Positions 1 through 9,015 of a stretch of 64,000 bases of DNA are shown here, piece by piece (the stretch's first letter is position 1; each line of letters opens with the position of its first letter). Origin of the DNA: Anaerolineales bacterium (GTDB taxonomy: Bacteria > Chloroflexota > Anaerolineae > Anaerolineales > Villigracilaceae). A model generated the notes under the pieces. That model was given only the letters and a program-made list of their open reading frames with translations. It did not search any database and was not told the DNA's origin. The DNA lies in the NCBI GenBank assembly GCA_030834895.1, contig JAUQXA010000004.1, positions 24,442 through 88,441 of the forward strand, written 5' to 3'. Position numbers and translations under genes: made by a program.

Positions 1-1
1 A

Positions 2-628
2 TCTATTACCGATGGAAATATCAAGGATATTGTTCGCGCATTACAACAGCTCAATTTTGAGAAAATATCCAAGGGGATGTACATAAATAGCCTTGCTAAT
101 TTATCCTTGTCTGATGTTATAGAAACTCGAAAAATGGATGAATGGGATAAATATATCAACTCTATCCACTATCTATTGAAGAATCCGTTTGAATTTGAAG
201 ATAGTAGCAATAAAGTTTATATACAATTTGAGGCTCTTAATCGCGCTATTTCCAAGAAACGAGAAGAGCAACTTACTGCAAAATGGGATCCCTGGATAAA
301 ATTGACTCTTGCATTGGGATTGAGTGCAGTTGAACTGTGGATAAATCCTGCAGATAATAGTCAAAAACTTATGACTCAACTGGGAACTGGTTCTGTCGCT
401 GCAGGTTTTACACCTTTCTTGATGCGCCTTACTATTACAGCTATCAATCAGAAAAATAATGCGGATTTAGATGTTAGTCTTGATTTCATGCGTGGTACTA
501 TCAATAATGGACAAGAAGCTTGGAAAGAAATAACCAAACAACTTAAATCTAGTTTTCGGGAATATGAAAAAGCGATCACGTCGACTGAGGAATCCAATCA
601 AAGCATTCCCGAAGCACAAACCGTATAG
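2..628 (+). CDS. Hypothetical protein, 5'-truncated by the window edge (low GC), upstream of a NUDIX gene
   Basis: Frame is open from base 2 to TAG at 626-628; 9-bp gap to the next gene. Confidence 0.7.
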   Translation, partial: SITDGNIKDIVRALQQLNFEKISKGMYINSLANLSLSDVIETRKMDEWDKYINSIHYLLKNPFEFEDSSNKVYIQFEALNRAISKKREEQLTAKWDPWIKLTLALGLSAVELWINPADNSQKLMTQLGTGSVAAGFTPFLMRLTITAINQKNNADLDVSLDFMRGTINNGQEAWKEITKQLKSSFREYEKAITSTEESNQSIPEAQTV

Positions 629-637
629 GATGTTGAT

Positions 638-1318
638 ATGAACTACCTTCCCATAACCGAGAAACACCCCGAACTATTGAATAACGTGAATGTGCCTTTT
701 CAAATTTTGCTGAATGATCGCGAAATTATCACTTGGCAGAAAACGAGCAGAGCCCAACTTGAGAAGCAATCTCGCCCTTCCGAATGGGCAGAAATTGGTG
801 TTGTTTTTAACGACCCATTTGTAGTCATCCTACGCGATTTGGTCGAATTTCCTGGCGGTTTCCGTAATGGATATATTCGCCTGTATAACCGTGCCTATCT
901 CGAAGGCGGTGCAGCAGGTGTCGTCATGCTACCAGAGATGAACGGCAAGTTGTTGCTGATGCACCAGTTCCGACATGCGACTCGCTCGTGGCACTGGGAA
1001 ATTCCACGCGGTTTTGGCGAGCCTGGAGTGGAAGCAGAAGATCAAGCCAAAGCAGAAATCGAAGAGGAAATCAGCGGTGAGATTGTTGAATTGACCAATC
1101 TTGGGCTGTATTTCAATAATACTGGATTGGAGGGCAATCCAATTTATCTTTTCCTAGCCAAAATGTCTTCGGTTGGTGAGCCGAAACTAAAACTCGGCGT
1201 AGATGAATTTAAGTGGGTTTCTATCGCTGAACTCGAAAAAATGATTGCCGACGGCGAAATCACTGATGGCTTTACAATTGCAGCATATACCAGAGCTAAG
1301 CTCAAAGGTTTGATGTAG
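638..1318 (+). CDS. NUDIX hydrolase (ADP-ribose pyrophosphatase-like) with N-terminal extension
   Basis: QFRHA..WEIPRGFGEPG..AEIEEEISG (variant Nudix box) and C-terminal GEITDGFT. Confidence 0.85.
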   Translation: MNYLPITEKHPELLNNVNVPFQILLNDREIITWQKTSRAQLEKQSRPSEWAEIGVVFNDPFVVILRDLVEFPGGFRNGYIRLYNRAYLEGGAAGVVMLPEMNGKLLLMHQFRHATRSWHWEIPRGFGEPGVEAEDQAKAEIEEEISGEIVELTNLGLYFNNTGLEGNPIYLFLAKMSSVGEPKLKLGVDEFKWVSIAELEKMIADGEITDGFTIAAYTRAKLKGLM

Positions 1319-1532
1319 GGGTCTTTTTTGAATGAACGCCATTTTCAAGTATTTGTCGGAGTTTTATACCTTGCTGAAATTGCTCTACAAGATAATAGTA
1401 TCCATATGACAAGTTATTAAGTCTGCTCTTAAAAGCGTTTTCTCTACATTGACTGGGAAAGTATCGCAGGAGAGGTTGTTGTTACTGTTGTTTTCTTCAT
1501 GGTGGCTGTCACCTTTGACCTACTGATACAAC

Positions 1533-2457
1533 ATGCTCACCGACCCTAAACTCTGCTCGTAAGTAGACGCCCTGCGAGGTGACGGTCTCGCCAATCCGCT
1601 CGATGCGATTGAGAAGTTTTCGTATTTGTTGTTTTTGAAGCAGTTGGATAATCGCAAGAATGCAGCCTAAAGGCAGGCGAAACGCAAGGGAACGACGTAT
1701 CAGCGATCGGTTAATGAAGGAGATGCGTTGGGGGCTAATGGACGAAGTTGAAAGCCGAAGAGACGTTGAGTCATCTTAAGAGGTTAGTCTTCCCCAGTTT
1801 GGTCGATCTGGCAGATGCAAAATCTTCTTTCGCCAAATATATAAAAATGGTGGAGTGCAAGATCAATATGGCGAGTCTGATAATCGAGGCGTGCATTCTG
1901 ATCGACCATATGCAGATCAGCCAGCAGAAGCAGGATGTGCAGGGCAATCTGTATGAGTACCTGTTGAACAAACTGAGCGCGGCGAGGCGTAATGGACAGT
2001 TCCCGCACGCCGCGGCACAATATCCGCATGACATCGTCCCCGAAGCGCAGTAAGTGGGATGACGCAGTTAATCGACACGAAGCTGCGTGAACGCATTGGC
2101 GATCTGGCGGGACGGGCGAGATTCTCATCAACGCGTACCAGCATATTTTGGAGAAGCACACTTCGGCGGGGATTTTGGAGTACGATGCCGAGGGGCAGGC
2201 ACATCATCTGATCGGCGGCGGAAAGAGCGTTCATGTCGTCGAAGAAATATTTGCGGGGCTTCGATAATGATTCGGGGATGACCATCCTGTGGATTGGGTC
2301 GATGAATCTGATGCTGCACGGGATCGAGTCGCCGCAGTTCTATTACATGGATTCGCTGTCGAAGTCGTTCGATGATGAGCGCGAGTATGACGTGATCCTG
2401 ATGAACTCGCCGTTCAAGGGTGCGGTGGATAACTGCTCTTGTGCGACAACAATTTGA
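1533..2457 (+). pseudogene. hsdM: Decayed type I restriction-modification methyltransferase (HsdM) relic
   Basis: Fragments MLTDPKL.*VDAL..LANPLDAIEKFSYLLFLK, QGNLYEYLLNKLSAARRNGQF, GSMNLMLHGI, DVILMNSPFKG, broken by stops and frameshifts. Confidence 0.85.
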
Positions 2458-2522
2458 TACTATAGGGACAAAAAAATAGCAAAATCGAGGACACAAGAAT
2501 AGAAAATTGTGCCGTATAATAT

Positions 2523-2551
2523 TTGCAAGGGGTGGAGATGACCTGTATAAT
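2523..2551 (+). promoter_or_regulatory. Sigma70-like promoter for the Qat-like operon
   Basis: TTGCAA-17 bp-TATAAT about 50 bp upstream of the first gene. Confidence 0.5.
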
Positions 2552-2597
2552 AAAATGTGTCGCTTCCCCGTAGGGTGTTTTTTGTTCGACTAGGCGC

Positions 2598-3545
2598 GTG
2601 GGCGAAATGGATCTCATAAGCTTGAACACTAATCCTCCAAATCTACAAGTTGCCGTACGCACGTTAACTATCGGTGGCTTTGCCCTAGAAAGAGCGAGTC
2701 GTTTCCCTGGTTATGCATTGATTTATATGTATCGCTACGATGAGTTTGGGGTCAAACAACAGTATTGTTTTGCTCTCTTCGAAAATGAACCTGAAGCAGA
2801 ACAAATTCAAGCAGCGGAAATCGCAGCTAAGCACAATAAAGCAGAACTCGTTATTATTGGTCCAACCCCGGTTAGTGAGAAGCCCAACGTAGTGTGGAAC
2901 CGCTTCCTAAGTCTGTTTGGAGGACCTGTTTATAGCCATAGTCCTTTAGAACCAGAATTTGGGGATTATCTAATGCAATTGGGTTTCAATACGTTACCAA
3001 CAAGGCTTGAGGGCAAGCCAGATGACTTGTTTGAACTTTATGTGCACAAAGCCCTAGAATTCACTTTTGGATGTAAAGTTCATCGCTATGGCCAAGAGAG
3101 GCGATTTGAAGCACGCCCCGATGGAGTTATCATCCAGGATAGGATGTTTTCGGCTTTGTACGACGCAAAAGCATATTCAAATGGTTATGATGTGACCTTG
3201 GATTCAATTCGGCAATTCAGTTCCTATGTTACAGAATTTCGAAACCGATATAGTCAATATTTTGAATTGAACGCATTCATTGTAATTTCAGGATCCTTCC
3301 CCCACTCAAAAGAGACTCTAGAAGGCAGGTCACGACAATTCTTATCAGAAACAGGTATCCCTTTGGCGTTCCAGACAGCAGAATCAGTAGTTCAGATCAT
3401 AGATCTATTATCCAACTTTCCATCGGCTAGACGCTCGATAAACTGGAGAAAAATATTTGTAAATCCAGTGGTTGGTCCTGAGCTAGTACAAGCAGAGTTA
3501 CAACTCATCAATAAAGACAAAATAATAGCGAAGAATAAGAGTTAA
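2598..3545 (+). CDS. Nuclease with FokI-like PD-(D/E)XK cleavage domain (start may be ATG 2607)
   Basis: RPDG...YDAKAYSNGY...YV...FIVISGSF parallels the FokI catalytic domain KPDG...VDTKAYSGGY...YV...FLFVSGHF. Confidence 0.75.
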   Translation: MGEMDLISLNTNPPNLQVAVRTLTIGGFALERASRFPGYALIYMYRYDEFGVKQQYCFALFENEPEAEQIQAAEIAAKHNKAELVIIGPTPVSEKPNVVWNRFLSLFGGPVYSHSPLEPEFGDYLMQLGFNTLPTRLEGKPDDLFELYVHKALEFTFGCKVHRYGQERRFEARPDGVIIQDRMFSALYDAKAYSNGYDVTLDSIRQFSSYVTEFRNRYSQYFELNAFIVISGSFPHSKETLEGRSRQFLSETGIPLAFQTAESVVQIIDLLSNFPSARRSINWRKIFVNPVVGPELVQAELQLINKDKIIAKNKS

Positions 3546-3547
3546 TT

Positions 3548-4123
3548 ATGGGCACATCAACAAATCAACGTTCGCCAAGGACTCCGAATTGGAAGGCTGT
3601 TGAAGTTGCATATACTTTCCCCGATATTCCTGTTCAAAGAACAGCGCAAGAGATTTGGCGGGCCGCAGCTAATGAGTCGGATGGTGGGCTGATAAATAGC
3701 CTAGGCAGCCCTATCATCGCACAATGCCTGGAAGTTGTGCAAACTTCTCGTTCTGCTATAGATGCAGCACAAAAAGTGAGACGTTTACTCGCGTTGTCGG
3801 GCCAGGCTTCCCTTGCTGGTGAAATCGCACAGAGGGCGGCAATAATTGCTCACGAGATTAAAGGTAATCGAACCAGCGCTTTTGTCCAATCTTTATTTTC
3901 GGAAGCCAGTAACTACTTAGTTTCAAGAGATTTACCTGGCTTCGTTGGATTAGCAGATAAGGTTCGAACGGTGCAAAATGCGACCGCGCTTAAGTCGTCC
4001 ATTATCAAGGAAGTTTCATCCAACGTTGATTCAGTTCCCAAGCCGACAGGAAAGTTGAGTAGTCCCAAGACTTGGCAAAAATTCGTAAACAAAGTGGTAG
4101 ACCATCTTTCGGGGGCTAAGTAA
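3548..4123 (+). CDS. qatB: QatB-like protein
   Basis: N-terminus MGTSTNQRSP..PNWK (MGTS start typical of QatB), helical, directly upstream of a QueC-family gene. Confidence 0.65.
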   Translation: MGTSTNQRSPRTPNWKAVEVAYTFPDIPVQRTAQEIWRAAANESDGGLINSLGSPIIAQCLEVVQTSRSAIDAAQKVRRLLALSGQASLAGEIAQRAAIIAHEIKGNRTSAFVQSLFSEASNYLVSRDLPGFVGLADKVRTVQNATALKSSIIKEVSSNVDSVPKPTGKLSSPKTWQKFVNKVVDHLSGAK

Positions 4124-4127
4124 ACCT

Positions 4128-5432
4128 ATGAACCAGATCACGGTTACTTTCGATGAGTCGAAAAATGTAAAAACTGGCTTGGGGTTGTGCCCAGATATCA
4201 ACCTGTATACAGGCAAAACGCAATTTGTAGAAAATTTTGGTACACCAACATCACTAGAGGAGGATTTGCTTGTATTAGGATCTGCCATATTTGCGGCAGA
4301 CTTGGCTATTAAACGTGGTCAGCAACATCATTTCATTAGAAGCATTGAGTTGACTGTGCCTGTCGTAAATCTGCCATCCTTCTTGAATGTCTCAGAAGAC
4401 ATAACCTATGCCTTAAATGTGCTCAGTTCCGACGCCTGGAAAATCAATTTCATTCGGAGAGCAGGGCAGCCAGAAGCCGCAATAGAATCGGATGATCGCA
4501 AAACAGGAAAGGTATTACTGTTTTCTGGCGGGTTGGACTCTTTTGCTGCTGCTGTATCATTGGCAGATAAAAATGAGCAAGTACATTTGGTAAGTCACGT
4601 GACGGCTAATCAGGTCATTTCAGGCACCCAGAATAACCTGACAGATCATTTGAACCAGACTTATGCTAATAAGTTCTCGAGAGCGGCATTTCGGGTCACG
4701 GGAATTGGAAAGCCAACGAAAGGATTTCCTTTTCCACAAGATAAAGATAGAGAAGAAACCCAGAGAACTCGTTCTTTCATGTTTTTATGTCTCGCGGGAT
4801 TGACGGCTCGAAGAAAGGGATACCAAGACGTTGTCATGATCGCAGAGAATGGGCAAATGGCTATTCATTTGCCACTCTCTGCTGGACGGATCAGCGCTTT
4901 TTCAACGCACACTGCCCATCCTGAATTTGTATCCCTAATGTCAAATATCTTATCAAAACTTCTCAATTATACAATCAATATCGAAAACCCTTTCCTCTAC
5001 ATGACAAAATCTGAGGTAGTCAAACTTTTACTCCCCAAACACAAGAAGGTCATAGTTCAGACGGTGAGTTGCTGGAAGGCAAGTAGAGTTTCTCATTATC
5101 ATCATTGCGGAATTTGCGTCCCCTGCTTGATTCGTCGAATTGCCCTGGAAAGCAATGGCGTTTCTCTCCCTGAATATGAAAGGGATCTCTTACACGCAAA
5201 TATTTCCCAATTGAGTGCCGACGATGATGGGAAACGAAACCTTGTTGACCTCTGCGAATTTATTGGCAACTTCAAAACCAATCGTCCTTTTGCAGAATTG
5301 CAGCAGCTGTTTCCTGAATTAGCTACGGATTCGTTTGACGTAGGTAGAGTGATAAAAATGTATAAGCGATTTGCCGCCGAAGCATTAACCGTCTTCAAAG
5401 GCTATCCAGAAGTAATGAAAATATTAGGGTGA
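4128..5432 (+). CDS. qatC: QueC-family protein, QatC-like
   Basis: N-terminal DLL..AIFAAD domain, PP-loop LFSGGLDS, QRTRSF, THTAHP, NPF..TKSE, zinc site SCWK...HCGICVPCLIRR. Confidence 0.85.
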   Translation: MNQITVTFDESKNVKTGLGLCPDINLYTGKTQFVENFGTPTSLEEDLLVLGSAIFAADLAIKRGQQHHFIRSIELTVPVVNLPSFLNVSEDITYALNVLSSDAWKINFIRRAGQPEAAIESDDRKTGKVLLFSGGLDSFAAAVSLADKNEQVHLVSHVTANQVISGTQNNLTDHLNQTYANKFSRAAFRVTGIGKPTKGFPFPQDKDREETQRTRSFMFLCLAGLTARRKGYQDVVMIAENGQMAIHLPLSAGRISAFSTHTAHPEFVSLMSNILSKLLNYTINIENPFLYMTKSEVVKLLLPKHKKVIVQTVSCWKASRVSHYHHCGICVPCLIRRIALESNGVSLPEYERDLLHANISQLSADDDGKRNLVDLCEFIGNFKTNRPFAELQQLFPELATDSFDVGRVIKMYKRFAAEALTVFKGYPEVMKILG

Positions 5433-5436
5433 TCAC

Positions 5437-6051
5437 ATGTTCAAAATATCTCTTACAGAGTTGGAAGAAGTTCGACAGGACCCAGTAGCGTATAAAAAGA
5501 AACGCGATAGGGGATCAGGTTTTCATCCCAGCAAATCCGTTTTCCAAACGCTCAAATGGGCAATTAATGAATATCACAAAGAGACCAATCCCCTAGCGGC
5601 GATGAGCTATTTAGAAAGCGGCTTGGAGTCGTTTAAGAAACGTGCCCCTTGTGAAAAAGCGATCGGGGATTTGCAGTGGTATATTGCTGCGCATCAGAAA
5701 CTGGGATGGGCAACTGTTTCAAGAAAGCATAACATTACAATACCACTTTCCACTCAATATCTTGATTCGTTGAAGGTGACAGGGGAAATTAGCCGCATTG
5801 ACATGCACCCCAATGGCACATATGCGGTATGGCTTTTCAACAAGGGGAGTACATGGAATTGGCAGAACGAACTACGAATGCCCATTATTCAAAATGCAAT
5901 TGGAGTTGAGTTCGGGGCACCACCAGAGCAGATTCATGTAGGAATTTACACCTTCGAAGATCATGCTGTAAACATTCATAATTTTACAAACAGTGACATT
6001 AAACGCGCCCATTTGGAGCTGGAGGATTTATTTAGAAAAATGGGGTTCTGA
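5437..6051 (+). CDS. Hypothetical protein, possibly a degenerate AddB/Cas4-like PD-(D/E)XK fold
   Basis: KISLTELEE...P N-terminus and LKVTGEISRID strand, but no D/E-x-K; 4-bp gap after qatC. Confidence 0.55.
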   Translation: MFKISLTELEEVRQDPVAYKKKRDRGSGFHPSKSVFQTLKWAINEYHKETNPLAAMSYLESGLESFKKRAPCEKAIGDLQWYIAAHQKLGWATVSRKHNITIPLSTQYLDSLKVTGEISRIDMHPNGTYAVWLFNKGSTWNWQNELRMPIIQNAIGVEFGAPPEQIHVGIYTFEDHAVNIHNFTNSDIKRAHLELEDLFRKMGF

Positions 6052-6131
6052 CTTATCACTTTCAAAATCTTATTGATGAATTCCGCCAGGGTGTATCGTA
6101 CTATCTAGCCTTACCCCGAATTTTATGCCTT

Positions 6132-6998
6132 AGACCTCTTGCATAAGTGTGCCATAATAGGCAGATGAACTACGAAACGATCGAGCATCTAAAAGATAGT
6201 GACTTCAAACGACTAACGGGTGTCCAGCGCGAAATCTTTGAGCAGATGCTCGCAGTCATCGAAAAAGGGCTGCGAGACTTCGGGAGACCGCCAAAACTGA
6301 GCCAAGCCGATCAGTTGTTGATGACCTTGATGTACTGGCGAGAATATCGAACGGAATTTCATATTGCCCAATCCTACGGTGTCAGTGAAGCAACCGTTTG
6401 CCGCACGATTCGCAAGGTAGAGGACGCCTTAGTCCGTTCAAAAAAGTTTCGTTTGCCTGGCAAGAAGGCACTCCAAACCAGTGACACGGTATTCGAGGTA
6501 GTTCTGGTAGATGTCAGCGAACAACCCGTAGAGCGTCCAAAAAAAGCCAAAAACGGCATTACAGCGGCAAAAAGAAGCGTCATACCCAGAAAGCGCAGGT
6601 GATCGCTGACCGAAAAAGTGCCCAGATCGTAGCCACAGCCTTTTGTCATGGAAGCAAACACGACTTTCAACTGTTCAAAGACGATGCCTGTGAGTTCTCT
6701 AAACACCTGTGCATTTTGGCAGATGCTGGCTATCAAGGTTTGATGGAGCTTCATGAAAACAGCCAGACGCCCTTCAAGAAATCCAAATACCATGCGCTGA
6801 CAAAGCGAGAAAAACAGAGCAATCGGAGTTTGGCACGGAAACGGATTGTGATTGAACATATATTCCGTAAGTTGAAAGTGTTTCGTATCTTGAGCGAGAG
6901 GTATCGTAATCGGCGAAAGAGGTTTGCTTTGCGCTTCAATCTGATCGCTGCCATTTACAACCTTGAACTCACCTCAATTTGACTTTTGCAAGAGGTCT
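6132..6998 (+). mobile_element. IS5-family insertion sequence (ISL2/IS702-like), apparently complete
   Basis: 17-bp terminal IRs AGACCTCTTGCATAAGT (6132-6148) and ACTTTTGCAAGAGGTCT (6982-6998), one mismatch; 3-bp CTT direct repeat at 6129-6131 and 6999-7001. Confidence 0.9.
6165..6982 (+). CDS. tnp: IS5-family DDE transposase in two frames joined by a -1 frameshift
   Basis: HTH part FKRLTGV...YWREY; VDVSEQPVERPK then A7 run (6539-6545) into QKRHYSGKKKRHT..., ADAGYQG, RIVIEH..KLKVFRIL. Confidence 0.85.
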
Positions 6999-7069
6999 CT
7001 TTATCTTTAACTGACCAGACTTGAGCGCGAAAATAATCAATTATGGGAAACTAAAATTTGATGACATGG

Positions 7070-7795
7070 TCAGGTTTGCTCAAAATCATTAAATCCAAGA
7101 TCAATGTATTTGATCTTCCTTTTCAATAATTCACGTATCACACTTTGAGATGCTCCATAGTACAAAAACCACCACACCTCATTGACGAGTTTCTTCTTCA
7201 AGAGGTAGTGATCCTTGTAAATCTGGTCTTTGATTCCGCCATGACAGGAAATTCGCCCAGACTTGATCTCAACCCCAATCTTGAAATCCACCAAATACAG
7301 ATCATATCTTCTTTTTGAGGATTTGCCCTCGGCATCACAACTCTCAAACGCTGTTTTGTCGGCACTGATGTTTATGGGGCCAGAATAGTTCTCAATGTTC
7401 CTCAAATAATATTCGACCAATGCTAAGCCCATGAGCTCAAATGTTTTTCCTCTTGCTCTGTTCTGGGTCAATACAACTTCATTCAATGATGAAGCATCCA
7501 AACTCACCTTTCCTCGAGATGCTTCTTTGATCTGTTGAGATGTGCCTTTTCTTCTTCGAGGGATTTCAGAAATTCTGTATGCACTCAGGAATTCAATTAC
7601 CGCATTATTTCGAGTCACGGCTTGAGTCTGATACTGTAAGGCTTGATCAACGATCTGTACGGGGGAAGTATTATGTTTCTGTGATATTTTATGCAGAAAT
7701 CCCCTGAAATAATTTGCGGCCTCATTGTAGCTCCTATCTTTAGACAGAAGCTTTTCGATCTCCACACTGACAGTCACTCCAAGTTCTTTTTTCAT
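7070..7795 (-). CDS. Protein with C-terminal restriction-endonuclease (Tox-REase-like) fold
   Basis: RGKTFE...RRYDLY...GVEIKSG...DQIYKD. Confidence 0.6.
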   Translation of the reverse strand: MKKELGVTVSVEIEKLLSKDRSYNEAANYFRGFLHKISQKHNTSPVQIVDQALQYQTQAVTRNNAVIEFLSAYRISEIPRRRKGTSQQIKEASRGKVSLDASSLNEVVLTQNRARGKTFELMGLALVEYYLRNIENYSGPINISADKTAFESCDAEGKSSKRRYDLYLVDFKIGVEIKSGRISCHGGIKDQIYKDHYLLKKKLVNEVWWFLYYGASQSVIRELLKRKIKYIDLGFNDFEQT

Positions 7796-7810
7796 GAAAC
7801 CAAACGTAAG

Positions 7811-8242
7811 CTATACCTCATATTCTTCTCTCCAAACTACTTGGATCAACCTGTCGTTCAAAATTTCTTCTATTTCTTCTTTACACCCAGGCTTTGTCGG
7901 CGGTGACGGGTAGACTATGGCAGGTGTGACATCCAATGGGCTCAAGTGATCTTCGATATAGCGCCAAATTTGTCTGGCGTGCCTTAGCGCGGTGGGACGA
8001 ACCCTGTGTTCCTTGAGTCGATCCCAGTTGGTCGCCTTTATTTCAACAAGTACAGTCTGGCCATCTTCTTCCAATTTCAATCGGATATCTACCCGACCGC
8101 GTTTACCTTCCCACAGTGTGGACGCTTCAAATTCAGCCGCTGTATTTTCGCCACTATTCCAATGAGATCTTTCCCATTCCTCAAACTTACGCCCACGGCT
8201 CACATTCTTGAAAAACTGACGGGACTTCTTATCTTTTTTCAT
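7811..8242 (-). CDS. Small PD-(D/E)XK nuclease
   Basis: RGRKFE...GRVDIRL...LVEIKAT...RQIWRY. Confidence 0.7.
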   Translation of the reverse strand: MKKDKKSRQFFKNVSRGRKFEEWERSHWNSGENTAAEFEASTLWEGKRGRVDIRLKLEEDGQTVLVEIKATNWDRLKEHRVRPTALRHARQIWRYIEDHLSPLDVTPAIVYPSPPTKPGCKEEIEEILNDRLIQVVWREEYEV

Positions 8243-8259
8243 GAGAGCTGAAAATAATA

Positions 8260-8901
8260 CTATTTAGGCGCGGAAGTCTTCTTTTTGGCAGGCGCCTTGA
8301 ACATTTCTGGGATGCTCTTACCATACTGACGAGCATGATTATAAACAGCGGACCAGTGCCATTTATTGAAAAGAGCGCTTCTTGTGATCGCTACATACGA
8401 GAAGCCAAGTGAAGTAATCAGAATGACCAAGGTCGGGAATGTAAAACCCTTGACAAGTATTTCGACCAACTGCTCGATTGCCAGGAGCAGGAGCGCCAGA
8501 CTTATATTGTTCAACATGATGCTTATTGCCTTAAAGCTGTCAATATAAAGAGCCAGGTCCAAATTATTATGGCGGACCACACTGAACAGGGTTTGCCGGT
8601 CATTAATCGTAAAGTCGATCTCCAGGTTTTTGTGCTTGTCTCTGAATTCCTTCATCGCGGATGTTTCAGCTGTGAACTTATTGACCGCATAGTACAAACG
8701 GATCGAGAAGGAATCCATGAGTTGACCAACCACATATGCCACAATCACCCATAATAAAGTACTCCCAAGATTGACATTCAACGTGTTGACATCAATATTG
8801 GGCAGCTTTAGTAAAACTAAAAACTGATTAATCACCAGAAGGTACAAAGCTCCAGGGATCGTGTACGAAAAGAAATCGTAAATACCGAAAGTTATAGACA
8901 T
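8260..8901 (-). CDS. Membrane protein (~4 TM)
   Basis: YDFFSYTIPG start followed by four hydrophobic segments. Confidence 0.7.
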   Translation of the reverse strand: MSITFGIYDFFSYTIPGALYLLVINQFLVLLKLPNIDVNTLNVNLGSTLLWVIVAYVVGQLMDSFSIRLYYAVNKFTAETSAMKEFRDKHKNLEIDFTINDRQTLFSVVRHNNLDLALYIDSFKAISIMLNNISLALLLLAIEQLVEILVKGFTFPTLVILITSLGFSYVAITRSALFNKWHWSAVYNHARQYGKSIPEMFKAPAKKKTSAPK

Positions 8902-9015
8902 TGAGTTCTCCTTTTCATTGCCAAGCCAATTTTTTTACCGTTCAAACATTGTAATTAAGGAATCGTACCAGTATTCATGATCATAATTCGCGGTTGGCAA
9001 AATCTGGTTCTGTTA

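Noticed and set aside
4128-5432. Housekeeping queuosine biosynthesis queC
   Set aside because: About twice the size of QueC, has the QatC-type N-terminal domain, lacks queD/E/F neighbours and lies in a defence island
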